DNA of 27,640 nucleotides from a virus (IMGVR_UViG_3300032227_000093:1-27640); one strand, 5' to 3'; shown: positions 5,905 to 14,115, numbered from the stretch's first letter. Notes: generated by a model from the letters alone, not told the origin. Translations and numbers: made by a program.

Positions 5905-6533
5905 CTAAACGGTGTCTCTCCGCCTAGTCTAAGTTGCAATCTGCGAAGGGACGCAATACATCTACGATCAGCAGTAGATACAGCGCACTCTAAGTACGCC
6001 GCTATTTGGTGTAGCGTAGCCATATCGTGATGACGCATACGCAATACAATCTGATCCTTCTCATCTAACTTTAGATAGGCTTTCTTAATATCTATCAGGC
6101 TAGCAAGCAGGTTGCCACCTTCTGCTGGAGAAGATGAACCGCGTGGTTGACCGTCTCTAATCATCTCTTGTGCCTGCTCTAGCACTGTTCCGTCTATGAC
6201 GGAGGCAATAACAAAGGGCAGTAGCTGACCGAGGATAAGGGTTTCATAGTAAGCCTCGTCCATTAACTGATAGCCGGACTTGTTAGCCTTCTCCTTGCGA
6301 ACGTAACGTTCTGCTGCTCGCCTCATCTGATAAGCAATACGCGACTGGTTGTACTCTAACTGCTTAGGATCTTCAACGCTCATCTGCTCAGTGATGTAAT
6401 CATTGCGGGTGATAGCCCAAGCAATGCACTCCTGAGTGATGTCATCTTTCTCCACCCAATGCTTATAGCGCCGGTAGATTGCATAAGCAACCGACGGCGC
6501 TAGATCGTAGGCAACAGGGTGTAGTTCACTCAC
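5901..6533 (-). CDS. Sigma-70/ECF-like transcription factor
   Basis: DDITQE region-2-like segment; C-terminal HTH (LDEKDQIVLRMR...TLHQIAAYLECAVSTADRR...LRRL). Confidence 0.7.
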   Translation of the reverse strand: MSELHPVAYDLAPSVAYAIYRRYKHWVEKDDITQECIAWAITRNDYITEQMSVEDPKQLEYNQSRIAYQMRRAAERYVRKEKANKSGYQLMDEAYYETLILGQLLPFVIASVIDGTVLEQAQEMIRDGQPRGSSSPAEGGNLLASLIDIKKAYLKLDEKDQIVLRMRHHDMATLHQIAAYLECAVSTADRRCIASLRRLQLRLGGETPFR

Positions 6534-6927
6534 AGTCAGTTGACTCGACTTCAGGCCAGACGTTGTCTAAGACCATCATTGCAATAGCAGAATAGTTTAA
6601 TAGATCCAAGAAACTATCACGCAAAGACTCGTTGCTAGGCTTAACGCCTGAGTCAAGCAGGTTGTTAATGCGAGCTATCTTATCCCACATACGTACACGC
6701 AAACCATTAAGTGGTCCACCTGGTGAGTGAGCAATATTCTTTGGGCCATAGTCTCGATGCTTACGCAATAGTAAGTTGCCAGCCTGATCCATAATGCGCC
6801 AGACGTCAGCGACAAAGGCATCATCTATCTTGTCGGTGTAGGGCGCAAGAGAATAGTCTCTGCTTCCGTATTTATCTCTAGGATCTGAAAGCCCATATGC
6901 TGCAAAGTCTGTATCATTTGTAGCCAT
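6526..6927 (-). CDS. Nucleotide modification-associated domain 1 (DUF1599-like)
   Basis: KHRDYG...RMWDKIARI...ESLRDSFLDLLNYS. Confidence 0.8.
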   Translation of the reverse strand: MATNDTDFAAYGLSDPRDKYGSRDYSLAPYTDKIDDAFVADVWRIMDQAGNLLLRKHRDYGPKNIAHSPGGPLNGLRVRMWDKIARINNLLDSGVKPSNESLRDSFLDLLNYSAIAMMVLDNVWPEVESTDCE

Positions 6928-6937
6928 TCTTCTCTAC

Positions 6938-7588
6938 TCACCCTTTCGGTTCGCCCACTAGCAATGCTCTGGTGGCGTCTGCCCCATATGCTAAGTAGTA
7001 ATCATTTATATCCATACCCGGAGGTAGTGTAACAATAGTTGAGTTAAGTATCTCATTGGCGACACGCTTAGAGAAGTCAGCACCGGGGTTAGATCCATCT
7101 TCTTTAATATCGTTATCGCCTACAACGTAGACTGTTTCATAACCTGTAAATAACTTAGGAAAGTGTGGCTTCCAAGACTGCACACCAGGTACTCCGACTG
7201 CTGGAATACCTAACATACCGCTAGTAACTACCGCATCTAACTCACCTTCGCAGATAACTATATGCGGTGATAGTGGTAGCACATCTGCCACGTTGTACAG
7301 GTGTGCCTTTTGTCCAGTTGGTGAACCATACTTAGGCTTACCATCATCAATGCGACGGAACTTAAAGCCTACGCAACCGCCACCAGCGGTGATGTAAGGA
7401 ATAGATATCCACCCCTCATACATCTCGTGTCCGTTGATTGGCTCTGTTACTGTGCCAAGTTGGAACTTAGCTGCTGCAAGTTCAGATATCCCACGTTCTT
7501 CTAGCGCGACTAGAGTTTCCGGACTTACCTCTTGGGCGTATCTCTGCGCCGCTTCCAGTAGCAATTTCGACTGCACGTTTGAGGCCAT
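6938..7588 (-). CDS. DNA primase, catalytic TOPRIM part
   Basis: ISIPY, GFKFR, PKY, ICEGELD, GDND, GMDIND. Confidence 0.9.
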   Translation of the reverse strand: MASNVQSKLLLEAAQRYAQEVSPETLVALEERGISELAAAKFQLGTVTEPINGHEMYEGWISIPYITAGGGCVGFKFRRIDDGKPKYGSPTGQKAHLYNVADVLPLSPHIVICEGELDAVVTSGMLGIPAVGVPGVQSWKPHFPKLFTGYETVYVVGDNDIKEDGSNPGADFSKRVANEILNSTIVTLPPGMDINDYYLAYGADATRALLVGEPKG

Positions 7589-7859
7589 CTCTAAACTCCA
7601 AGTTCTCTATGATGCAGACAATACTGACTGCGTTACCACCCTTGCCGCAGGTATGGCAAAAGTACAAATTGTTATAAGTATTTATTACAGCAGACCTGCG
7701 TGTGTCGCTATGCAAGCAACACTTAACTGATACATCTTGACCTTCTCGTACTTCACCACCGAAGTAGGAAACGATTGGGCCTATGGGGATTGAGTTTGCA
7801 GAAGCGGAGTTCTTACTCCCTCGACCTTTACCCAACCTTGACCAGTCTTGTGCTGGCAT
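7482..7859 (-). CDS. DNA primase zinc-binding (CHC2) part
   Basis: CCLHSD..RSA...YFCHTCGKGG; start chosen at MPAQDW (alternative 7886). Confidence 0.85.
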   Translation of the reverse strand: MPAQDWSRLGKGRGSKNSASANSIPIGPIVSYFGGEVREGQDVSVKCCLHSDTRRSAVINTYNNLYFCHTCGKGGNAVSIVCIIENLEFRDGLKRAVEIATGSGAEIRPRGKSGNSSRARRTWDI

Positions 7860-7954
7860 ACACATCCCTCGCACTTCTCGTGCCAATGAGCTGCACGCTT
7901 TAGATGATTAGCCTTGTTTTCCTCACCGGCTTTATAACAGTTAGAACAGATCAC
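7781..7954 (-). CDS. Small Cys/His protein (57 aa)
   Basis: MICSNC...HWHEKCEGCVCQH; GTGA coupling. Confidence 0.7.
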   Translation of the reverse strand: MICSNCYKAGEENKANHLKRAAHWHEKCEGCVCQHKTGQGWVKVEGVRTPLLQTQSP

Positions 7955-8046
7955 GCTTGATCTTCTTCCTCATCTAGTGCAAGTTCTACTACTTCATCGG
8001 TGCTTAGTATTTCTGACGTGGTGATTTCACCTTCTGGTACTGGCAT
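7951..8046 (-). CDS. Acidic micro-peptide (31 aa)
   Basis: MPVPEGEITTSEILSTDEVVELALDEEEDQA; AAGGAG SD, TAATG coupling. Confidence 0.65.
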   Translation of the reverse strand: MPVPEGEITTSEILSTDEVVELALDEEEDQA

Positions 8047-8213
8047 TATTGTTTCTCCTTATATTCTTGATGAAAGATTCCTTTTTCTTTATGTTTGTTT
8101 AACAGAGTGTGAACGCCCTTTTCAGCGGTGCCACCAATAATTAGTCCACATTCGCATACAAATGAGTAATTTGGTGGTGAACTAATATAACCGATCCCTT
8201 CGTTATAACTCAT
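8046..8213 (-). CDS. Small AT-rich C2H2-like protein (55 aa)
   Basis: ATGA-coupled start at 8213; CECG...H...H. Confidence 0.65.
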   Translation of the reverse strand: MSYNEGIGYISSPPNYSFVCECGLIIGGTAEKGVHTLLNKHKEKGIFHQEYKEKQ

Positions 8214-8560
8214 TCCTTCTCTTTTAACCATTGTGCTAGATCCTGAATGACCCAGGCTTGATCTATTGAAGCGTTGCGACGCTTAACTATTACATAAGAC
8301 AGTGGTACTTCCCCGATACCTCTAGCCTTCGCATAGTTAAGCGCCTCAACTTGTGCTTCTCTCCAGAACTGAGGCAAGGAAAGCGTTGCTCTGTTCTTGA
8401 GTTCAAGGATGTAAGTTTCCCCTGCGATAACAGTTACGATGTCGCCCTCATCCTTGGCCCCAGCTTTAGTCAGACGCTCTGCAATGGCACCCATCTTACG
8501 TAGCCACTTCATTACATCTGTCTCAAACTGAGAACCCTTAGTCTTGTTGTACTGACTCAT
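8210..8560 (-). CDS. Holliday junction resolvase (archaeal Hjc-like)
   Basis: KGSQFE...DEGD...ILELKN. Confidence 0.85.
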   Translation of the reverse strand: MSQYNKTKGSQFETDVMKWLRKMGAIAERLTKAGAKDEGDIVTVIAGETYILELKNRATLSLPQFWREAQVEALNYAKARGIGEVPLSYVIVKRRNASIDQAWVIQDLAQWLKEKE

Positions 8561-8705
8561 CTACCAATACAACCTTGTTGGTTTTGTAAACCATTTGTCC
8601 TTCTTCATCTTTGACAATCTCGACGACGCCGGACTGGATCAAAGCATTGAAGAAGTTAGCCAAGTCAACTTTAAGTATGGCTACTTCTCTATCAATATCA
8701 CTCAT
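8538..8705 (-). CDS. Hypothetical protein (55 aa)
   Basis: MSDIDREVAILKVDLANFF...; fills the gap between helicase and resolvase. Confidence 0.65.
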   Translation of the reverse strand: MSDIDREVAILKVDLANFFNALIQSGVVEIVKDEEGQMVYKTNKVVLVDESVQQD

Positions 8706-8719
8706 CTTGCTTCTCTTTT

Positions 8720-9586
8720 CTATTGTTGTACTGCGTAGTTGCCTTGATATCCAGCGATTACATCATTCCTTAGCATAACACCCCACGCATTTTTATCAGA
8801 GATCTGACAGGCTGCGTAGTTTACAAACAGCGTCGCAAAGTCCTTACCATCTGCAGTGTGTGGCCCAAAGCGGTTCTTCACAGCAGCCACCTTGAGTTCA
8901 CCGTTAGATGGATCATAACCAAGCGTCAAGATTAACGCCGGGAGCTGACTCACCTTCCCGTGAATCGCACGTCTAGCAGGTGGGTTAGATGGTGATCCAT
9001 ACTCACTCTGCTCAGAGACGTGGTGTAATACAAGTACGCAGGCTTCGGTCTTACGTGCCATATCGTGGAGTTCCATCATTATCGCACGTAAGCCAGCCCA
9101 CTCGTTGTCAGTCTCTGCTGCAACGTTCATTAAGTTATCTATAATTATTAACTCTGGAGCCTCGCCATATAACTCCACATATGCTCTGATCTCTAACTCG
9201 ATATCGTCTAGTGATGGCGACGAATCAAAGACCCATTTGATATGACTTAACTTGCCAAAGTGTTTATCGTAGTAGTGTTTATCGTTAGATAAGTTTAACT
9301 CCACCGATACCTGTGAATGACCGGATGCAACAGATGCTGCTCTCATCATTACAGTTGTGGTATCTGTATCTGCTGAAAAGAAAAGCGTTGATACGTTTGC
9401 CTTCATCGCATAAACAAGTGCAAACATAGACTTACCAGCGTTAGGTGCGGCAGCTACCATACAGACCTGTCCTCGACGGAACTTAATCTGCTTTGCTGAC
9501 AGCGCCTGCCACACGTCAGGTAGTGGTGTTGCTTTGGTAAGCACCCCACTCCAAGCACGTGATAAATCAAGCACAGAACTCTCCAA
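8720..9586 (-). CDS. DnaB-like replicative helicase (motor domain only)
   Basis: Walker A AAPNAGKS, IIIDNL, VLHH, KNRFG; the true start may be GTG 9574. Confidence 0.9.
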   Translation of the reverse strand: MESSVLDLSRAWSGVLTKATPLPDVWQALSAKQIKFRRGQVCMVAAAPNAGKSMFALVYAMKANVSTLFFSADTDTTTVMMRAASVASGHSQVSVELNLSNDKHYYDKHFGKLSHIKWVFDSSPSLDDIELEIRAYVELYGEAPELIIIDNLMNVAAETDNEWAGLRAIMMELHDMARKTEACVLVLHHVSEQSEYGSPSNPPARRAIHGKVSQLPALILTLGYDPSNGELKVAAVKNRFGPHTADGKDFATLFVNYAACQISDKNAWGVMLRNDVIAGYQGNYAVQQ

Positions 9587-9830
9587 ACGGAAGGACTATA
9601 TTATTTTTTCTACGTATTTCTTTTCTTTGGAATTCGGTTAAACCACCCCAGATTCCAAAGCGTTCGTGTCTAACGCCCCAGTCTGCACACTCAGCCTTGT
9701 GAACACAGCTTCCACAAATAGAGACAATAAGTTTTTTTTCAGGAAATGAACTGCTGTTTTCTACTGGGTAGTACATCTCCGTATCTATGCCTCTACAACG
9801 TGGTTCCTCGAATTGCCAAGGACCACGCAT
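9567..9830 (-). CDS. whiB: WhiB family Fe-S transcription factor
   Basis: Four conserved Cys (C...CxxC...C) and GIWGGLT. Confidence 0.95.
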   Translation of the reverse strand: MRGPWQFEEPRCRGIDTEMYYPVENSSSFPEKKLIVSICGSCVHKAECADWGVRHERFGIWGGLTEFQRKEIRRKNNIVLPFGEFCA

Positions 9831-9833
9831 CCG

Positions 9834-10232
9834 TTATCGGATCCAGATAGTCTCGCACTTGTCTGTTGCACCCTTTGGTGCAGCACACATATAGCCCTTC
9901 CAAGGACCCTTTGCTGATGTACCTGAACGGAAAGACATCACACCGTGTCGGCAAACCTGATCTCCACCTGTTGGTGCAGGTGCAGTAGCAACTGGTGTTG
10001 CATTAAATGCTGCAGCAACTGCTGCAACTGTTGGTGCTGGCGCTGCTACCGGTGCTGGTGCTACTACACCACCTGATAGTTCATTACCAGTAGCACGAAT
10101 GTTAAGTGCGTTCATTGCAAGATCTGCAAGACCTGATTCTAATTCTGTAACACTTGCTGCATACAGATTGATAAGCGTTCCATCGGCTAACTTATAGTTC
10201 ACCTGGAACTTTGTTGTATCGGGTGCTGACAT
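9834..10232 (-). CDS. Conserved actinophage-type protein next to the exonuclease (possible ssDNA-binding/recombination)
   Basis: Ala/Pro linker and C-terminal CRHG...GPWKGYMC...C; ATG 10232 follows GGAGG. Confidence 0.7.
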   Translation of the reverse strand: MSAPDTTKFQVNYKLADGTLINLYAASVTELESGLADLAMNALNIRATGNELSGGVVAPAPVAAPAPTVAAVAAAFNATPVATAPAPTGGDQVCRHGVMSFRSGTSAKGPWKGYMCAAPKGATDKCETIWIR

Positions 10233-10233
10233 A

Positions 10234-11190
10234 TTACTTTCCTCCACTTGGTTTGATGTTTAATCTAATAGATTCTTTGCCGACAACCTTCGGTAAGAAA
10301 CCTAATAGTTTTTCTACTTGTTCAGAGTCAACTGTCTCACGACCTTTAACTGTTGTCCAACTGATTTGAATACCACTAGCAGTAACGCCAGTAGTTCCCT
10401 CGAAGGATGACTTCAAGGAATCTTTTTCTTTCTCTAGCTCTTTAATCTTCTCATCTAATTGCAGATATTTCAATGCGTGAGTGTCAACTTCTGCGTCCTC
10501 AATCACGACTTCACTAAGGACGATACGTTCTTTTATTATGCCTACGCAACCCATCTCACCGGATGCGTCGTAGTACTGGCAATAGTTCTTGCAGAATGAA
10601 GCATCCTTTTCAGGTGCTGGTGCCTCTGGCAAAGCCTTTACATTAGCCAACCACTGCAACGCTTCTAGCGCTGAGACTTCATCGTATGGTTCAGAGTGGA
10701 CTTTAATATCCTTCTCATCACCATCACGTGCAATCGCTACTAGGTTAACTGTCTTAACATCATAGCCATTCTTAGATAGCAAGTAACCATAGACCTGCAC
10801 CTGCCAACGCTGTTGCGCTGACGGGAAGTATGAAAGGTTCTTGACCTTGCTTGTCTTCCAGTCAATGACTGCACCGATACCCGGCACAAATAAGTCAACG
10901 TGTGCTTTCATATCACCATATGCAACTTCAGTCTCGACTAAGTAATCCTTACCTTCGGGATCTAATGTAGTGATTGCATCTTCGATAGCAGCGTGAATTG
11001 CAGTACCCATAATTGCAGCCAGCTTTGACTGATTCTCATTAGTATCTGGCTGTGCATTAAGGCGGTACCAAACCTTACGACGGCAGCCACCGATCTCTGA
11101 TGGGCCAACCTGTGTTTGCTTACTGCGATCACGACCTGCATCTTTAGAGTGCAGTACGTGCAGTAACAGTTCCTTTGGATCAGTAATCAC
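10234..11190 (-). CDS. Cas4/RecB-like PD-(D/E)xK exonuclease
   Basis: GPSEIGGC, GTAIH, HVD, IDWKT, QVQVYG, C-terminal CKNYC...C. Confidence 0.9.
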   Translation of the reverse strand: MITDPKELLLHVLHSKDAGRDRSKQTQVGPSEIGGCRRKVWYRLNAQPDTNENQSKLAAIMGTAIHAAIEDAITTLDPEGKDYLVETEVAYGDMKAHVDLFVPGIGAVIDWKTSKVKNLSYFPSAQQRWQVQVYGYLLSKNGYDVKTVNLVAIARDGDEKDIKVHSEPYDEVSALEALQWLANVKALPEAPAPEKDASFCKNYCQYYDASGEMGCVGIIKERIVLSEVVIEDAEVDTHALKYLQLDEKIKELEKEKDSLKSSFEGTTGVTASGIQISWTTVKGRETVDSEQVEKLLGFLPKVVGKESIRLNIKPSGGK

Positions 11191-11414
11191 GCAAGTTCCT
11201 TTGCAATAGCTTTAGCAGTTTTGCAAGGGTATCTATCCCCTACCACTCCGTGTTGACAGCAAGAGCAAACTAATACGGGTTCATCGTTAAATAGAAACTC
11301 CATTGGCTTATGCACTTCTAGCACTGCACGTAGTGCAGCATATGGAGTCTCTGGAGTTCTGCTCTCTCTGTAATTCTTGCTTGCTATATCTGCTAGCAGT
11401 TCTTCGTATGTCAT
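11187..11414 (-). CDS. Small Zn-binding hypothetical protein
   Basis: ALRAVLEVHKP...CSCC...YPCKT; coupled at both ends. Confidence 0.75.
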   Translation of the reverse strand: MTYEELLADIASKNYRESRTPETPYAALRAVLEVHKPMEFLFNDEPVLVCSCCQHGVVGDRYPCKTAKAIAKELA

Positions 11415-11497
11415 CGTTCATCCCTCTTTGTTAAGTAATAGTCAAGAGCATACGCCCCGACGAAACCAATTAGCAAACCGAATAAAAACTTAATCAT
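11411..11497 (-). CDS. Small membrane peptide (28 aa)
   Basis: MIKFLFGLLIGFVGAYALDYYLTKRDER; TAATG/ATGA coupling. Confidence 0.65.
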   Translation of the reverse strand: MIKFLFGLLIGFVGAYALDYYLTKRDER

Positions 11498-12054
11498 TAT
11501 TCCCACCCTTCCTGTTGAGTAACTAATTGAATCGGTGGACAGGTATTGATGTCAAGAACCGACGCGATCTTTACTGCTCTTTCTGCCACAACCTTTGCCA
11601 TTAGCAGGCTCTTATACGATCTTGGCTTCAAAGAATAAAGATAACCGAGTGCATAAGGACCGCCACTTCCGGCGGTGAATAGACCGTGCTCACTTGCGTT
11701 AAACGATAAGTCTTGGCCTATCGAGAAGAGCATAGAATCAAAAGCGATTAGATAGCAGAAGCTCGCTTCTTTATCCATCTCATACCCATTGTCCTTGAAC
11801 GCTTGCTGGATGCTTGGGATTATCTTCTTACCCATCCACTCAACAGGGTTAGATCCTTTGTAGACCGGAGGCTTCCAGTTATAAGTGAGGATGTCGCCAG
11901 GGCGTGAGTCGCCAGTAACGCCGAGAATGTACTTTCCGACGTGAATAATTTTCGGAGTCTGTGTGCTGATAACGCGCTGATCGTTATCGGTGATTTGAGA
12001 ATCTGCCGCGAGAACTACGAAGTCAGGTCCTTGGATTCCGACGAGCGTGGTCAA
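11497..12054 (-). CDS. HslV/proteasome-beta-like Ntn peptidase
   Basis: N-terminal (M)TT, LAADSQ, PKI, AGSGG.YALG, D.NT. Confidence 0.85.
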   Translation of the reverse strand: MTTLVGIQGPDFVVLAADSQITDNDQRVISTQTPKIIHVGKYILGVTGDSRPGDILTYNWKPPVYKGSNPVEWMGKKIIPSIQQAFKDNGYEMDKEASFCYLIAFDSMLFSIGQDLSFNASEHGLFTAGSGGPYALGYLYSLKPRSYKSLLMAKVVAERAVKIASVLDINTCPPIQLVTQQEGWE

Positions 12055-12509
12055 GAGTTTCTCTTTTTCATATTACAAAGAGCGTGAGATGGTCTTATAT
12101 TTTCCAATGTATCTGAACCGCCTTTGCTTAATGGTATTAAGTGATCTAATTGTAACCCTAGTTCCCAACCATCAGATATATATGCTTGACGTGGGGCATT
12201 AAAGTCTATCGGTATCTGACAGATATGACAGTCTGTTCCATATAAATCAAACACCTGTTGATCTGTGTATGGACTATGTCCGTTGTTTTTCTTCTGAGCT
12301 TTTCTTTTAGAAGCCATACGTCGGCTGTATTCCTTAACCTTTTCAGGGTTCTTACTAGCCCAACGTCTGTTAATCTCATAAATTTTATTAGAGTTAGCAG
12401 CGTAATATTCTTTACGACGTAATGCGTTAGCATCCTTACAAGGCTGGCACGGAATTTCACGTCTCCTTATATGGCGGGCGTAGGCAGATAAAGTTCCGCA
12501 AGGTTTCAT
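12051..12509 (-). CDS. HNH endonuclease
   Basis: CHIC...LDHLIPLSKGGSD...NIRPSHALCN; AT-rich. Confidence 0.92.
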   Translation of the reverse strand: MKPCGTLSAYARHIRRREIPCQPCKDANALRRKEYYAANSNKIYEINRRWASKNPEKVKEYSRRMASKRKAQKKNNGHSPYTDQQVFDLYGTDCHICQIPIDFNAPRQAYISDGWELGLQLDHLIPLSKGGSDTLENIRPSHALCNMKKRNS

Positions 12510-12541
12510 AACAGTGAGTATAACACACCTTCGGCGTGTCG
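12510..12541 (-). promoter_or_regulatory. Leaderless promoter of the replication operon with GACAC motif
   Basis: - strand cGACACgcc, 13 nt from GACAC to TATACT (TG extension), 7 nt, then ATG with no SD. Confidence 0.7.
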
Positions 12542-12571
12542 TTGGCGGATATCACATACCAGTCGCTAAAA

Positions 12572-12613
12572 TATGAGCCGTAGGCGAATAACAGTGCGGC
12601 CCTTAGAGGGCCG
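12572..12613 (+). other. Two short hairpins in the divergent intergenic region
   Basis: tat-GA-gcc-GTA-ggc-GA-ata (12572-12590) and cggccct-tag-agggccg (12597-12613). Confidence 0.5.
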
Positions 12614-12637
12614 ACAATAGGTTGGAGGCCCGATACT

Positions 12638-12886
12638 ATGCGGCTCCGTCTACCAACCCTGCGCTTATTCAAGCGCACAGATACCCTGCCAGAAGCCTTT
12701 GGAAGCGATCTGCGGGGTTTTGGACCCACTCACGTATGTCCTTGTGGCTCACAGGTATTCAGCGTTATGGCAGCCTTTAATGACTACGAGCTGGTCTGGT
12801 ATTTCCTTGACGCTACCTGCGTCAGTTGCGGTAATTTGATCCGTGTGCCTTGTCCGGTGGACAAAGATGAATCACAAACTATCTGA
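12638..12886 (+). CDS. Zinc ribbon protein
   Basis: CPCGS...CVSCG...PCP. Confidence 0.75.
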   Translation: MRLRLPTLRLFKRTDTLPEAFGSDLRGFGPTHVCPCGSQVFSVMAAFNDYELVWYFLDATCVSCGNLIRVPCPVDKDESQTI

Positions 12887-13244
12887 GGTAGATCCTGATA
12901 CTCGCAGAGCAATCTGCTCGGTTTGTGGTCCAACCAAAATAAAAACTAGAGATAAGACCAACGCAACCCTTGCTGGTCAATACCGTTGCAAGACTGTCTA
13001 TAAAAGAAACATCCAGAAAAGCCAATACCCATACACCCTGCATAAGAAGGATACCTGTCAGCACTGCGGGTTTGTTCCTGAACATAGCAGTCAACTTGAC
13101 GTAGACCACATAGACGGTGATCGTTGGAACAACGACCCTGCTAACCTGCAAACTCTCTGTGCTAACTGCCATAGGCTTAAAACTATGCAGAATGAAGACT
13201 GGTCAGAAAACAAAAAGAAGCCCCCCACCCAGGATTTCTCCTGA
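12867..13244 (+). CDS. HNH endonuclease
   Basis: CQHC...LDVDHIDGDRWNNDPANLQTLCANCH; start MNHK; the ORF ends inside the opposing terminator. Confidence 0.9.
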   Translation: MNHKLSEVDPDTRRAICSVCGPTKIKTRDKTNATLAGQYRCKTVYKRNIQKSQYPYTLHKKDTCQHCGFVPEHSSQLDVDHIDGDRWNNDPANLQTLCANCHRLKTMQNEDWSENKKKPPTQDFS

Positions 13245-13253
13245 GCAGGGGGC
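13207..13253 (-). terminator. Intrinsic terminator of the late/lysis operon
   Basis: - strand 15-bp stem (3 G-U), GAAA loop, followed by ttctttttgtttt. Confidence 0.9.
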
Positions 13254-13277
13254 ATTTGCCTCGCGCTTATGGGCTAA

Positions 13278-13469
13278 TTACTTAGCACCACGTCCAAACT
13301 CTGTTGCCTTTGGATCCATTACCTTTAGCAATGGACCGGCGATAGCAGCTACACCTGCTGTTGCTAAAGCCTTTGGATCTGTAACTCCTGCAAGCCATAG
13401 CGCAATTACTGACGCTATACCAGCACGAAGATATGTTGATGCGATTGCAATCAATTTCTCTTTGTTCAT
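13278..13469 (-). CDS. Holin-like membrane protein
   Basis: Two hydrophobic segments directly downstream of the endolysin. Confidence 0.75.
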   Translation of the reverse strand: MNKEKLIAIASTYLRAGIASVIALWLAGVTDPKALATAGVAAIAGPLLKVMDPKATEFGRGAK

Positions 13470-13921
13470 TTTATCTCCTTCTTCTTAGGTAAAGGTTTGG
13501 GTAAGTTAGCCTTTACTTTGTTAATCGTCTTGGGCTTGGGGAGCCAAGTAAACCAAGGCGATGTGTCTTCTCCACAGTTCTCCTTTATGGAGATGTGAAG
13601 ATGTTTGTGGTGTTTATTAGGACCGGTGTAGTCGCGGCTACCCTTGTCCTTTGACCAGATCTTGCCAGCAAATATTAAGTACTTAACACGTGGGTCATTC
13701 TGCAAATTAACAAAGGCATAAACACAGTCAATACCATTGACAGGATCGTGTGTTATGTCTACCGCGTAACCTGAGTTATGGTCAGAGTTCGGGTTCTGAT
13801 GCACGTGTGCTGCTGATGGTAGCAACCCATCACTTGCTTTCTTGCGCTTAGGAAAGTGCGCTGTTGCTTGACGCAGCGCTGCAATAGCTGCAGGTGTTGC
13901 CTTCTTTGCTAATGGAATCAT
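13466..13921 (-). CDS. Endolysin, Zn-peptidase (M15/LAS-like)
   Basis: SDH...AVD...HHKHLHIS; flanked by membrane proteins. Confidence 0.75.
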   Translation of the reverse strand: MIPLAKKATPAAIAALRQATAHFPKRKKASDGLLPSAAHVHQNPNSDHNSGYAVDITHDPVNGIDCVYAFVNLQNDPRVKYLIFAGKIWSKDKGSRDYTGPNKHHKHLHISIKENCGEDTSPWFTWLPKPKTINKVKANLPKPLPKKKEIK

Positions 13922-14115
13922 TACTTCTCCGCTATCAGTTTGTATAGGTCGTCAATACGTTCCTCAAGTCTTTTGACGGAATCTTTAAGCGAACTGCCAC
14001 CATTGGGTTTAAGTTCGTTTAGGTAGTGCTTGACTAACCAATTAACTCCAGCAGCGAATCCGCCAACTATTGTTATTACGGCAACCGCTACTGTTGCATA
14101 GTCTTGTGCTTGCAT
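13921..14115 (-). CDS. Single-TM lysis-cassette protein
   Basis: TM helix, LKPNGGSSLKD, coiled coil. Confidence 0.75.
   Translation of the reverse strand: MQAQDYATVAVAVITIVGGFAAGVNWLVKHYLNELKPNGGSSLKDSVKRLEERIDDLYKLIAEK

Noticed and set aside
12206-13488. Alternative ORFs 12206-12460, 12457-12729, 12879-13172 and 13117-13488
   Set aside because: They overlap motif-bearing HNH or holin genes, the promoter or the terminator, and have no motifs
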